Below are positions 1 through 9,858 of a stretch of DNA of 64,000 nt, piece after piece (the first letter of the stretch is position 1; each line of letters opens with the position of its first letter). This DNA is from Gammaproteobacteria bacterium. GTDB taxonomy: Bacteria; Pseudomonadota; Gammaproteobacteria; Ga0077554; Ga007554. Under the pieces are notes generated by a model. The model was given only the letters and a program-made list of their open reading frames with translations, did no database searches and was not told the origin of the DNA. The stretch covers positions 11,196 through 75,195 of the forward strand of contig JAKFXX010000026.1 in NCBI GenBank assembly GCA_021731145.1, in the 5' to 3' direction. The position numbers and the translations under genes are program-made.

Positions 1-552
1 CTGGCGGTCGATCCATAACGGGGCGCCGCCGCGCCATACTTCGATGTTGCTCCGCCAATACCCGTGGTTGAAGCGTTCGCCGCATGCGCTGCGGCCAAAG
101 CGCGTAATGTCCCAGCCAATCCAGGTCGCGCCCGGCGCAAGTTCCACATGCGTCGTCTGATGCGCCACGGCGCCGTCGAACACGATGCTTTCCTGCGGCA
201 GCCACTCAAGGTGTGCGCCCGCCTCCACGCGCGCCAGCACAATTTGTTCCGCAACCGTACCGCTGCTGCGGTACCACTTGTTGGCCGCAGGCGTGGTGAG
301 CAATGCCTGTGTGCCGGGTTCGAGATGCAGCGCGATTTCCAGCCGGTCTCCGCTGGCCATACCGCCCGGTGGATGAAGGACGAGCGCATGGCATACGTCA
401 GCGCCCTCCGGGTAAAAGGGGCGCTGGATCGCCAACGGCATGCGTGCCTCGACGACTTGCATCACCGTGTCTGGGCTTTGGCTGAAACGTAGATCCAGGC
501 GCCCGCGCCACGTCGGGGTATCGTCCACCGGCGCAATGACATGACCGCTCAT
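1..552 (-). CDS. ureD: urease accessory protein UreD (3' end runs off the window)
   Basis: Absent from the ORF track; translated by hand from ATG 552, which overlaps the urtE stop: MSGHVIAPVDDTPTWRGRLDLRF...MPLAIQRPFYPEG..CHALVLHPPGGMASGDRLEI..LLTTPAANKWYRS..LEWLPQESIVFDGA, all typical UreD motifs. Confidence 0.93.
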   Translation of the reverse strand, partial: MSGHVIAPVDDTPTWRGRLDLRFSQSPDTVMQVVEARMPLAIQRPFYPEGADVCHALVLHPPGGMASGDRLEIALHLEPGTQALLTTPAANKWYRSSGTVAEQIVLARVEAGAHLEWLPQESIVFDGAVAHQTTHVELAPGATWIGWDITRFGRSACGERFNHGYWRSNIEVWRGGAPLWIDRQ

Positions 553-1238
553 ACTGCGATATGACGCCGCACCTGATCCGCCTCCATGTCCACACCGCTC
601 ATTACTATTTCGCCGCGCGACATTACCAGATACCTGTCCGCAAGCGCTCGCGCAAAATCATAGTACTGCTCCACGAGCAGGATAGCCATGTCGCCGCGTT
701 CGAGGAGCAGGCGGATGACGCGCCCGATATCCTTGATGACGGAGGGCTGAATGCCCTCGGTCGGCTCATCGAGAATGAGCAGCTTGGGTTCCATCAGCAA
801 TGCGCGGGCAATTGCGAGCTGCTGTTGCTGGCCGCCGGACAGGTCGCCGCCGCGCCGCCTGCGCATCTCCCCCAGTACCGGGAACATCTCGAAGGTCGCG
901 GCCGGAATCTCGCGCGGCGGGCGGTCATGCACGGCGAAGCCGGTGATCAGATTCTCTTCCACCGTCAGGCGCGGAAAAATGTCGCGCCCCTGTGGCACAT
1001 AAGCCATGCCGAGCCGGGCGCGAACATGGGGCGATGCAGTAGTGATGTCCTGTCCAGCGAAGGTAATGCGGCCGGAACGGCTCCGCTCCACGCCCATCAG
1101 GCACTTGAGGAGTGTCGTTTTGCCCACGCCATTTCGTCCCAACAGCGCGGCGCAGGTTCCCGGCTGGACTTCCAGCGAGATGTCGCGCAACGTATGGCTG
1201 CCGCCGTAATAATGATTGAGTTGTTCGATTACAAGCAT
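549..1238 (-). CDS. urtE: urea ABC transporter ATP-binding subunit UrtE
   Basis: Start revised to MLVIEQLNHYYGGSHTL; Walker A GRNGVGKT, GGDLSGGQQQQLAIARAL, LDEPTEGIQPS; last transporter gene of the urt operon. Confidence 0.93.
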   Translation of the reverse strand: MLVIEQLNHYYGGSHTLRDISLEVQPGTCAALLGRNGVGKTTLLKCLMGVERSRSGRITFAGQDITTASPHVRARLGMAYVPQGRDIFPRLTVEENLITGFAVHDRPPREIPAATFEMFPVLGEMRRRRGGDLSGGQQQQLAIARALLMEPKLLILDEPTEGIQPSVIKDIGRVIRLLLERGDMAILLVEQYYDFARALADRYLVMSRGEIVMSGVDMEADQVRRHIAV

Positions 1239-1239
1239 C

Positions 1240-2067
1240 TCAGCGCCCCAGATACACTTCAATGACCTGTTCGTTGTTCTTGACATGCTCCATCGCGCCC
1301 TCCGCCAGCACGCGGCCTTCGTGCAGCACGGTGACCTTGCGGGCGATCGAGGCCACGAACTCCATGTCGTGCTCGACCACGATGAGGGAGTGCTCACCGG
1401 CAAGTGAGGTGAAAAGCTCTGCGGTTCGCTCGCGCTCGGCGTCCGTCATGCCCGCCACCGGCTCGTCCAGCAGGAGCAGTTTGGGTTCCTGCGCCAGCAG
1501 CATACCGATTTCGAGCCACTGCTTCTGGCCGTGCGATAGCGTGCCCGCCTCACGGCCCGCGAGCGCCGACAGGCCGATAAGATCCAGCGTTGCGGCAATG
1601 CGGTCCTTCTGCTCCGCGCCCAGCCGCCAGAACAGCGACGCCCAGATGCCCTTGTCCACCTTGATGGCGAGTTCCAGGTTTTCGAATACGGTGTGATGCT
1701 CGAACACAGTAGGTTTCTGGAATTTGCGGCCGATGCCGGTGCGCGCAATTTCGTGCTCGTTGAGGCGTGTCAGGTCAAGGGTCTGGCCGAAATAGGCGGT
1801 GCCGCTATCTGGCCGGGTCTTGCCCGTGATAACGTCCATCAAGGTGGTTTTGCCCGCGCCATTGGGGCCGATGATGCAGCGCAGCTCGCCGGCATCCACG
1901 GTGAGGGACAGTTCGTTGAGTGCGCGGAAACCATCGAAGCTGACGGTGACGGCATCCAGGTACAGCACCGTGCCGTGGCTCAGGTCCAAAGCTCCGGGCG
2001 TGGCGACGTGGGCCAGGCCCGTCACTTCGCTGCCGTCAATTTCAGAGGTTGTCAGCTCAGCTTTCAT
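1240..2067 (-). CDS. urtD: urea ABC transporter ATP-binding subunit UrtD
   Basis: Start revised to MKAELTT, overlapping the urtC stop; GPNGAGKT, IGRKFQKPTVF, LSHGQKQWLEIGMLL. Confidence 0.93.
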   Translation of the reverse strand: MKAELTTSEIDGSEVTGLAHVATPGALDLSHGTVLYLDAVTVSFDGFRALNELSLTVDAGELRCIIGPNGAGKTTLMDVITGKTRPDSGTAYFGQTLDLTRLNEHEIARTGIGRKFQKPTVFEHHTVFENLELAIKVDKGIWASLFWRLGAEQKDRIAATLDLIGLSALAGREAGTLSHGQKQWLEIGMLLAQEPKLLLLDEPVAGMTDAERERTAELFTSLAGEHSLIVVEHDMEFVASIARKVTVLHEGRVLAEGAMEHVKNNEQVIEVYLGR

Positions 2068-3161
2068 GTGTTGCGTTTGGACCTCAGGCGTTGTGCGAGT
2101 CCCATCACGCCCTGTGGCAGGAACAGTGTCACCAGGATGAACAGCAATCCCAGGAAATACAGCCAGTATTCGGGAAAGGCAACGGTGAACCAGCTCTTCG
2201 CGCCATTCACCAGCGCGGCGCCGATGATCGGGCCGACGAGGGTGCCGCGCCCGCCGACTGCGGTCCAGATCGCGATTTCGATGGAGTTGGCCGGCGACAT
2301 CTCGCTGGGGTTGATGATGCCGACCTGCGGCACATACAGCGCGCCGGCAATGCCGCACAGCATGGCCGACAGCGTCCAGGCAAAGAGCTTGTAGGGCAGG
2401 GGATTGTAACCGCAAAACCGCACGCGGCTCTCGGTGTCACGGATGGCCGTGAGTACCCGCCCCAGCTTGGAGGTTACGATGTAGCGACACAGCAGCAGCG
2501 CCAGGATCAGCGTCACGCCGCTGGCGATGAACAGGGTGGCCTTGGTGGCGGGATCGGCCAGGGAAAAGCCCAGGATGCGCTTGAAATCGGTGAAGCCGTT
2601 GTTGCCGCCGAAGCCGGTATCGTTGCGGAAGAACAGCAGCATTGCCGCGAAGGTGAGGGCTTGGGTGATGATCGAGAAGTACACGCCCTTGATGCGCGAG
2701 CGGAAGGCGAAGTAGCCGAACACCAGCGCCAGCAGTCCAGGCGCCAGCACGATGAGCAATGCGCAATACCAGAACTGGTCAGTACCTGCCCAGTACCACG
2801 GCAATTCCTTCCAGTCCAGGAACACCATGAAGTCGGGCAACTCGCTGCCGGACTCACCCTCGCGCCCGATCATGCGCATCAGGTACATGCCCAGCGCATA
2901 GCCTCCCAGAGCAAAGAATAACCCGTGGCCGAGACTCAAAATGCCCGCGTACCCCCATACCAGATCCATCGCCAATGCCACCAGGGCGTAGCACATGATC
3001 TTGCCCAGCAGCGTGATGAGCCAGGCGGGGACGTGGAAGGGCGAGTCTTCGGGCACGGCGAGGTAAAGCGCGGGCATCAGCACGCACACCAGCGCGAGAA
3101 AGGCGGCGATAACCAACCAGCCCTTCGTGCCGTACAACTGCGGGAGACGTTCGATGATCAT
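2064..3161 (-). CDS. urtC: urea ABC transporter permease UrtC
   Basis: DLVWGYAGILSLGHGLFFALGGY, LPDFMVFLDWKELPWYW, FRSRIKGVYFSIITQAL. Confidence 0.95.
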   Translation of the reverse strand: MIIERLPQLYGTKGWLVIAAFLALVCVLMPALYLAVPEDSPFHVPAWLITLLGKIMCYALVALAMDLVWGYAGILSLGHGLFFALGGYALGMYLMRMIGREGESGSELPDFMVFLDWKELPWYWAGTDQFWYCALLIVLAPGLLALVFGYFAFRSRIKGVYFSIITQALTFAAMLLFFRNDTGFGGNNGFTDFKRILGFSLADPATKATLFIASGVTLILALLLCRYIVTSKLGRVLTAIRDTESRVRFCGYNPLPYKLFAWTLSAMLCGIAGALYVPQVGIINPSEMSPANSIEIAIWTAVGGRGTLVGPIIGAALVNGAKSWFTVAFPEYWLYFLGLLFILVTLFLPQGVMGLAQRLRSKRNT

Positions 3162-3168
3162 CGGCTAT

Positions 3169-4782
3169 CTATCCTTCCACCGCGCGGCCCTTGGCGGCGA
3201 ACAGCCCCTGCGGCCGCTTCTGGATGAACAGGATGATGAACACGAGCAGCATGATTTTGGCGAGTACCGCGCCCCAGTAAGGTTCGAGGAATTTGTTCAT
3301 CACCCCCAGCCCCAGCGCGGCGTACACCGTGCCGGCGATCTGGCCCACACCGCCCAGCACCACCACCATGAAGGAATCGACGATATACCCCTGGCCCAAC
3401 TCGGGTCCCACGTTGCCTATCTGCGAGAGCGCGCAGCCCCCCAGCCCCGCTACGCCCGCCCCCAGACCAAAGGCCAGCATGTCGGTGCGGCCGGTAGGGA
3501 TGCCCATGCAATCTGCCATGGCACGGTTCTGCGTCACGGCGCGCATATGCAGGCCCAATCGGGTGCGGGTGAACGCCAGCCACACTAGGCACAGCACCAG
3601 CATGGCAAAGACAATGATGACGATGCGATTGTAGGGAAGCACCAGACTGCCCAGCACCGTCACGCCGCCTGTCATCCATGAGGGGTTGGCTACCTCCACA
3701 TTCTGCGCACCGAACACTGTGCGCATGAGCTGAATCAGTATTAGCGAGATGCCCCAAGTGGCGAGCAGCGTTTCCAGAGGACGGCCGTAGAGATGGCGGA
3801 TCACGCCGCGCTCCAGCGCCATGCCCACCAATGCCGCCACGCCGAACGCCACTGGCACAGCGGCGATGAGATACAAATCCAGATACTGCGGCAGATGGGT
3901 CTTGAATAGATTTTGCACCACATAGGTCGCGTAGGCGCCGATCATCAGCAGCTCGCCGTGGGCCATGTTAATCACCCCCATCAGGCCATAGACGATCGCC
4001 AGCCCCAGCGCCGCGAGCAGCAGTATGCTGCCCAAGCTGATCCCGGTGAATACATGGCCTGCATATTCGGCAATCTTCAGACGTTGCTCGATAGCAGCGA
4101 TGGCCTTTGCCGCCGCCGCGCGCACATTGGCATCCGGCTCAGCAAACTGGCCCGCACCGTCTTTTTCCAGCAACTTCAGCAATCGGGTTTTGGTGGCTTC
4201 CTGAGCGCTGTTGGCCAGACTCTGAACCGCCGCCAGGCGCTGTTTCGAGTCATCGCTTTGCAGCGCCATGCCGCTTTGCGCCAACTCCAGCGCGGCGCGC
4301 ACCGCCGGGTCCTTCTCGCTGGTCAGCGCCTTTTGCACCAGGGGCAGTAATATAGGATCGCCCTCGCTCAATTGCTGCGCCGCTTCCAGACGCTTTGTGC
4401 TGTCCGGGGAAAAGAGTTTAAAGGCCACCAGCGCCGCGTCCAGCGCGCGCCGCACCCGGTTGTTGATGGTGATGCGCGCGGCATCTTTCGGTATGTTTGC
4501 CAAGGGTTGATTCGTGACGGCATCGGTCGCGCCGGCCTCCGTCACGATCAGTAATTGACCGGCGGGTGTCGCCTGCAAAGCACCGTCTTGCAATGCCTGG
4601 ATTACGGGCAAAGCCGCCACATCGCCCGCCACCACCAGCGCTTCAATTGCGGCGATCCTGGCGTCGTTGTCACCTGTGGCGAGGTTTTGCAGCGCCGTGG
4701 TGTCCAGGGCGTGGGCATTGCCCAGCCAGACGGCGAACAGCACAGCCATGTAATATCGGCACAGACGGCAGAGGTGTCTCAT
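3169..4782 (-). CDS. urtB: urea ABC transporter permease UrtB with N-terminal periplasmic HEAT-like domain
   Basis: Signal peptide, INNRVR motif, GLMGVINMAHGELLMIGAY, RPLETLLATWGISL, FIQKRPQGLF. Confidence 0.95.
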   Translation of the reverse strand: MRHLCRLCRYYMAVLFAVWLGNAHALDTTALQNLATGDNDARIAAIEALVVAGDVAALPVIQALQDGALQATPAGQLLIVTEAGATDAVTNQPLANIPKDAARITINNRVRRALDAALVAFKLFSPDSTKRLEAAQQLSEGDPILLPLVQKALTSEKDPAVRAALELAQSGMALQSDDSKQRLAAVQSLANSAQEATKTRLLKLLEKDGAGQFAEPDANVRAAAAKAIAAIEQRLKIAEYAGHVFTGISLGSILLLAALGLAIVYGLMGVINMAHGELLMIGAYATYVVQNLFKTHLPQYLDLYLIAAVPVAFGVAALVGMALERGVIRHLYGRPLETLLATWGISLILIQLMRTVFGAQNVEVANPSWMTGGVTVLGSLVLPYNRIVIIVFAMLVLCLVWLAFTRTRLGLHMRAVTQNRAMADCMGIPTGRTDMLAFGLGAGVAGLGGCALSQIGNVGPELGQGYIVDSFMVVVLGGVGQIAGTVYAALGLGVMNKFLEPYWGAVLAKIMLLVFIILFIQKRPQGLFAAKGRAVEG

Positions 4783-4849
4783 AGTGTGCTTATGTGATTC
4801 TCTGGAATAAACCTCCCCGCCGTCGCGGCGGGGAGTGCGTAACGTTCAG

Positions 4850-6130
4850 TTACATATCTTTCTTTTTCTCGTTGCCCGGTATGAAGGGGCTCCATGGCTG
4901 TGCGCGCAGGGTCTTCTTCGTTTCCCATACGATGTCGAACTGGCCGTCGGGGCGGATTTCGCCGATCATCACCGGCTTCCACAGATGATGATTCTTTTCG
5001 TCCATCTTCAATTCATAACCGCTGGGCGCTTTGACCGTCTGGCCCGCCATGGCGATGCGCACTTTGTTTACATCGGTGGACTTCGCTTTTTCTGCGGCTT
5101 GCGCCCACATATGAATGCCAACATACGTCGCCTCCATGGGATCGTTGGTGACGCGCTTGTCGCCACCGGGAAGCTTTTGCTTCTTGACATAGTCCTTCCA
5201 TGTCTTAATGAACTTGTCATTTTCCGGGTTTTTCAGCGACATGAAATAATTCCACGCCGCCAGATGGCCGACCAGCGGTTTGGCATCGATACCGCGCAAC
5301 TCTTCCTCGCCGACCGAGAACGCCACCACCGGAATGTCCGTAGCCTTCACGCCCTGGTTGGACAGCTCTTTGTAGAAGGGCACGTTGGAGTCGCCGTTAA
5401 TGGTGGAAATTACTGCCGTCTTGCCGCCCGCCGCGAACTTCTTTACATCCGCCACAATGGTTTGATAATCGCTGTGGCCGAACGGCGTATAGATTTCCTT
5501 GATGTCGCCCTCTTTCACGCCCTTGGATTTGAGAAACGCGCGCAGAATCTTGTTGGTGGTGCGCGGATACACATAGTCCGTGCCCAACAGGAAGAAGCGC
5601 TTGGCTCCTCCGCCGTCCTTGCTCATCAGGTATTCCACCGCAGGGATCGCCTGCTGGTTGGGCGCAGCGCCGGTGTAGAATACGTTCTGTGACAGCTCTT
5701 CTCCCTCATATTGCACCGGATAGAAGAGCAGTCCGTTCAGTTCCTCAAACACCGGCAACACCGACTTGCGTGATACCGAAGTCCAGCAACCGAACACCAC
5801 CGCCACTTTTTCCTTCTGCAACAGCTCGCGCGATTTCTCGGCAAACAACGGCCAATTGGAAGCAGGGTCCACCACCACCGCTTCCAGCTTCTTACCCAGC
5901 ACACCACCCTTGGCGTTGATTTCCTCGATAGTCATCAACGCCACATCTTTCAGCGAGGTTTCGCTGATCGCCATGGTGCCGGACAGCGAATGCAGAATGC
6001 CGACCTTGATGGTGTCCGCAGCCTGCGTCGCAGTCGCAAATGTAATGCCTGCGGCGACAACGGCTGTTGTGAAGATGGAACGGGTGAGATGACTGCCTAC
6101 AGCAATACCCAGCAAACAAGACGACTTCAT
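4850..6130 (-). CDS. urtA: urea ABC transporter substrate-binding protein UrtA
   Basis: IKVGILHSLSGTMAISE, FGCWTSVSRKSVLPVFE, YPVQYEGEE, GTDYVYPRTTN. Confidence 0.96.
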   Translation of the reverse strand: MKSSCLLGIAVGSHLTRSIFTTAVVAAGITFATATQAADTIKVGILHSLSGTMAISETSLKDVALMTIEEINAKGGVLGKKLEAVVVDPASNWPLFAEKSRELLQKEKVAVVFGCWTSVSRKSVLPVFEELNGLLFYPVQYEGEELSQNVFYTGAAPNQQAIPAVEYLMSKDGGGAKRFFLLGTDYVYPRTTNKILRAFLKSKGVKEGDIKEIYTPFGHSDYQTIVADVKKFAAGGKTAVISTINGDSNVPFYKELSNQGVKATDIPVVAFSVGEEELRGIDAKPLVGHLAAWNYFMSLKNPENDKFIKTWKDYVKKQKLPGGDKRVTNDPMEATYVGIHMWAQAAEKAKSTDVNKVRIAMAGQTVKAPSGYELKMDEKNHHLWKPVMIGEIRPDGQFDIVWETKKTLRAQPWSPFIPGNEKKKDM

Positions 6131-6219
6131 GTTATCCCCCTTGGGTTAATCGTAGAAACGCTTATTAAATGTGAGAACCCTCCGAGCAGCGCCGAGAGGT
6201 TCCGTGGCCCATGAACCGC

Positions 6220-7317
6220 TCAAATCTGAAGCTGCACGCCAATCTTGAAGATGTTGGTATCCCGTGCCGCGCCCATGTTGTCATCGGTGTACACAGCAGT
6301 GACACGGGCGTTGTGACCGTCGATCACATAGTGCAATTCGAGATCGTAGCGATTGCGTTTCTCCGTGGCGCCATCGAGATCCAGACTCTGGAAGCGCACC
6401 TGCGGCATGAGCTTGCCGATGCCAACCTTGGTGTTGAAGAGATAACCGGCACGGGCCATATAGCCATTGCCCTGAAACAGTGCGGCATCGCTCACTTTGC
6501 TCGTGTCATAGCTGTAATACGCGCCCTCCAGCGACAGCGTGCCGACGCCGAGACTCTTCTCCATGAGCGCGTCAAAATTCCAGCCCGAGAAGTCGCCGGG
6601 TGTGGCGGCCGTCCCGGCGCCATTCTTCTGCGTCATCGCCGCCAGACCAAAGGCAAGGATCTGTTTTTCACCGTAGTAAGTGCTGCTGTTGTAATAACCC
6701 GGCTCCGGGTCCCACAGGTTGAGGGTCAGGCGGCCGGTGTATAGCAGGTCGTCTGCCCTGTTCGATGTGCTAGCGCCATTGCGTCCCTGAAAGGCGCCGA
6801 CCTGGTACTTGAACATGCCGCCGCCCGTCTGCCCCCATACTGCGGCGCCGTCATCCCGTCCGGCGAACTGGGCGGGATAGTTCTGCACGATGGGGAAATC
6901 CCAAGTGGCAATGTAGTAGGGGCCGGAGAGGTTGGAGCGGTCGCTGGGCGGCAGGAAGCGCCCGAGCCACACGTTGAATACATCCGACGGCTCGATCCGG
7001 ACAATGGCGTCGAGCACCCGCGCGGCGCTGTTGTTGCCCGAGTCTTTTTCGGTATTGAAGGTCAGCTTGATATCCTTATGCACTTGCCCGTTAAGGTAAA
7101 GCCGCACACTGTCTACCGCGAAATCGAGGGAACGGTCCAAGCCGTTCGGCGCAGCCTTGTCCTCGGAGATGAAGCTGCTCCGCAGCCCGCCGCCGATACT
7201 TATCCATTTTGTTTCATCGATTTTTAGTGTGGGTCCAGCCAGAACAGTGGCCGAAAATGCTGACAGGGTGAGAACAGAAACAGCGACAGACAAAACAGCG
7301 TTACGACCGTGTACCAT
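6220..7317 (-). CDS. outer-membrane porin (OprO/P-like; possible FmdC-type urea/amide porin)
   Basis: Start revised to MVHGRNAV after an AAAGGGGG RBS; signal peptide, amphipathic beta strands, C-terminal FKIGVQLQI; first gene of the urt operon. Confidence 0.75.
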   Translation of the reverse strand: MVHGRNAVLSVAVSVLTLSAFSATVLAGPTLKIDETKWISIGGGLRSSFISEDKAAPNGLDRSLDFAVDSVRLYLNGQVHKDIKLTFNTEKDSGNNSAARVLDAIVRIEPSDVFNVWLGRFLPPSDRSNLSGPYYIATWDFPIVQNYPAQFAGRDDGAAVWGQTGGGMFKYQVGAFQGRNGASTSNRADDLLYTGRLTLNLWDPEPGYYNSSTYYGEKQILAFGLAAMTQKNGAGTAATPGDFSGWNFDALMEKSLGVGTLSLEGAYYSYDTSKVSDAALFQGNGYMARAGYLFNTKVGIGKLMPQVRFQSLDLDGATEKRNRYDLELHYVIDGHNARVTAVYTDDNMGAARDTNIFKIGVQLQI

Positions 7318-7363
7318 GGTGATGCCCCCTTTGTTGTTGTGAAGAGACTGTTCCCACACGGAC

Positions 7364-7379
7364 AGCAAACGTTGTGCCA
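7364..7379 (-). promoter_or_regulatory. sigma54 (-24/-12) promoter of the porin-urt-ure operon
   Basis: Minus strand TGGCACAACGTTTGCT matches TGGCAC-N5-TTGC, about 47 nt before the start codon. Confidence 0.88.
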
Positions 7380-7397
7380 TGATATTTATTAATTGAA

Positions 7398-7411
7398 AAT
7401 TCAATATGTTG
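7398..7411. promoter_or_regulatory. probable IHF site
   Basis: AATTCAATATGTTG resembles WATCAANNNNTTR and sits in an AT-rich tract between the enhancer and the sigma54 promoter. Confidence 0.5.
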
Positions 7412-7443
7412 TATTATTTCATTGGCCCGCAAACGGGCGCCGA

Positions 7444-7491
7444 CGCCCCATTATTGGGCGTCCCTTGCTATTTTCGCATTATTATGGCGCG
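7444..7491. promoter_or_regulatory. tandem NtrC-like enhancer sites
   Basis: CGCCCCATTATTGGGCG (7444-7460) and CGCATTATTATGGCGCG (7475-7491), 31 bp apart; both resemble the palindromic NtrC site (TGCACC...GGTGCA). Confidence 0.65.
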
Positions 7492-7578
7492 TCATTGGTG
7501 TGCACCCTCGACTCTTTCAAAGAGGGGTGTTGCGGTGGTGTCAGGTTGTTGCTTTGAAATGCTCGGGGATAAATAGCT

Positions 7579-8064
7579 CTACTGGACGTCGAGCCAGTGT
7601 TTCATGGTATCCGCCTCCCCCTGGACAAGCGGTCTTCCCTGAGTGGCGATCAACGCCTGATAGGCGGCGATAACGACACTTCGCTCGCTCCAGGCAGTGA
7701 CGCTTGCGATCTCATCAGGGGCGAGCTCGGCCAAAGACGCAATGGCGTTATTCACCTCCTTCCTTGGCCCGTCAACTCGCTGCTGGCGAATGTTGCCGTA
7801 TATGGCGAACACCCAAAAAACGATGTACGGGGTGAAAAGGACGAGGGCTGTAACAATGGTGGGGCTGCTGTTTCCCAGCTCAAGGAGCGGACGCCCCACC
7901 GTCAGCGCCAGAATCAACAGCGCGGCCATGACCATGATCATCGCAAAAAAAAGTTTCCAGTCGAGGCGATCGAGGACAGCCTTCTCCTGCAAAAGACGCT
8001 CGCGCGCGGCTGCTATGTCGGTAGCTGTGGGTGGGATGCTTTGAATGTCAAATGTAATTCCCAT
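7579..8064 (-). CDS. hypothetical two-TM membrane protein
   Basis: Start MGITFDIQ after a GGAG RBS; two hydrophobic segments; family not recognised. Confidence 0.7.
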   Translation of the reverse strand: MGITFDIQSIPPTATDIAAARERLLQEKAVLDRLDWKLFFAMIMVMAALLILALTVGRPLLELGNSSPTIVTALVLFTPYIVFWVFAIYGNIRQQRVDGPRKEVNNAIASLAELAPDEIASVTAWSERSVVIAAYQALIATQGRPLVQGEADTMKHWLDVQ

Positions 8065-8296
8065 GCTTTCTTCTCCGATAACCCTCTGCGGATCGACCGC
8101 TCTCCGGCGAGCTTCATGAACGCCATGCGAGTGTCCCACATTTCAAGCTGCGTCAACAACTGAGGGCCGCCCGGCAGGGATCCCTCATTAAAAAATAGGC
8201 CGAAAATGTATAAAAATCTGTTATTTCAGGCATCTTCTGCGGGGAGGGTTACATCCTGTCGAGGAGCTCTTGCTGGCCACCTTCTGTGGCATAATC

Positions 8297-8366
8297 CAAG
8301 CTCCGGACCCAACGAATCATAGTCTGGAGTAATGTTGGGCTTGGGTCCGTTTCGCCTGACACAGCC
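8297..8366. repeat. degenerate REP pair
   Basis: CAAGCTCCGGACCCAAC (8297-8313) is identical to 51104-51120; TTGGGTCCGTTTCGCCTGAC resembles the right REP at 51221-51250. Confidence 0.6.
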
Positions 8367-8452
8367 AAATTAACAACTACCGCCGCCCAACAATCTTAAA
8401 AACAGCGATTGGAATTCAGTGTATAATCCGCCGTTATTTTTCCATTCCATTA

Positions 8453-8512
8453 CATCGTCCCCTCATTGCCACCTCATTGTCACCTTCATGGTGATTACGG
8501 TGGTCACGGGGA
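8453..8512 (+). ncRNA. conserved three-stem hairpin element, copy 1 (rph leader)
   Basis: 47/59 nt identical to the reverse complement of 51149-51207, with compensatory pairs; lies between a TGTATAAT -10-like box (8420-8427) and the rph ATG. Confidence 0.6.
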
Positions 8513-8526
8513 AAAAGGTTGAACAC

Positions 8527-9243
8527 ATGCGCCCCAGCGGTCGAGCTCCAGACGAATTGCGTCCTATTACACTGACCCGCCGCTACACCAAGCACGCTGA
8601 AGGCTCGGTACTGGTGGAGTTCGGTGACACCAAGGTCATTTGTAACGCCACCGTGGAAGAGAAGACCCCGCGTTTCCTGAAAGGTACCGGCAAGGGCTGG
8701 GTAACGGCGGAATACGGCATGTTGCCGCGCTCCACTGGTCAGCGCATGGGCCGCGAGGCGGCACAGGGCAAGCAGGGCGGACGCACCATGGAAATTCAGC
8801 GCCTCATCGGGCGCTCGCTGCGTGCCGTGGTGAATATGGAAGCGCTGGGTGAGCGCACCATCACGATAGATTGCGACGTCATCCAGGCGGATGGCGGCAC
8901 GCGTACTGCCTCGATCACCGGCGGCTACGTCGCCCTGGTTGACGCCATTGCTCATTTACGCAAACGCAACCTCATCAAAGGTAACCCTATTCACGGTTTT
9001 ATCGCCTCCGTGTCGGTGGGCATTTACCAGGGGCTGCCGGTGCTTGATCTCGATTACAAGGAGGATTCCGAGGCTGAGACCGACATGAATGTCATCATGA
9101 ACGAGGCGGGCGCTTTTGTTGAAATCCAGGGCACTGCCGAAGGTCACGCCTTCCGCATGGACGAACTGCTTGCCATGATCGATCTGGCCAAAACGGGTAT
9201 CAGCGAGTTGATAAAGAAACAACAGGCCGTCTTGCAGGCCTAA
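8527..9243 (+). CDS. rph: ribonuclease PH
   Basis: [46 protein letters not shown]. Confidence 0.98.
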   Translation: MRPSGRAPDELRPITLTRRYTKHAEGSVLVEFGDTKVICNATVEEKTPRFLKGTGKGWVTAEYGMLPRSTGQRMGREAAQGKQGGRTMEIQRLIGRSLRAVVNMEALGERTITIDCDVIQADGGTRTASITGGYVALVDAIAHLRKRNLIKGNPIHGFIASVSVGIYQGLPVLDLDYKEDSEAETDMNVIMNEAGAFVEIQGTAEGHAFRMDELLAMIDLAKTGISELIKKQQAVLQA

Positions 9244-9258
9244 CCACGGAGCGTACAC

Positions 9259-9846
9259 ATGAAGCGCATTGTGCTGGCCAGCAACAACGCAGGCAAGGCC
9301 CGTGAAATCAGTGAAATGCTGGAGGGGCTGCACATCGAAGTGTTGCCCCAGTCGGCGTTTGGCGTGCCGGAAATAGAAGAGACGGGCCTGACCTTCGTCG
9401 AGAACGCTATCCTCAAGGCGCGCAACGCGGCACAACACACCGGACTGCCTGCCATCGCCGATGATTCGGGGCTGGAGGTGGACGCCCTCGATGGCGCGCC
9501 CGGCATCTATTCGGCGCGATATGCGGGGCCGGGCGCCGATGACCGCGCCAATCTGGAAAAGCTGCTGGCCGACCTTGCCGATGTCCCGGAACCGCAGCGC
9601 ACGGCGCGCTTCCAATGCTTCATGGTGTACATGCGGCACGCCCTCGACCCCACCCCGGTCATTTGCCAAGGCACCTGGGAAGGAAGCATTCTGTTCGCGC
9701 CACGCGGCACCCATGGCTTTGGTTACGATCCGGTGTTCCTCGTGCCACGGAGGAATTGCTCCGGCGCGGAGCTTGCGCCAGAGGTGAAAAACCGTTTAAG
9801 CCACCGCGGGCAAGCCCTGCGTCAACTGCTCAACGCTTTAACCTGA
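9259..9846 (+). CDS. rdgB: dITP/XTP pyrophosphatase
   Basis: LASNNAGKAREI, ADDSGLEVDALDGAPGIYSARYAG, GFGYDPVF, KNRLSHRG. Confidence 0.97.
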   Translation: MKRIVLASNNAGKAREISEMLEGLHIEVLPQSAFGVPEIEETGLTFVENAILKARNAAQHTGLPAIADDSGLEVDALDGAPGIYSARYAGPGADDRANLEKLLADLADVPEPQRTARFQCFMVYMRHALDPTPVICQGTWEGSILFAPRGTHGFGYDPVFLVPRRNCSGAELAPEVKNRLSHRGQALRQLLNALT

Positions 9847-9858
9847 CATGGCAGGCCG

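Noticed and set aside
64-492. 142-aa + strand ORF
   Set aside because: It is antisense to the clear ureD frame.
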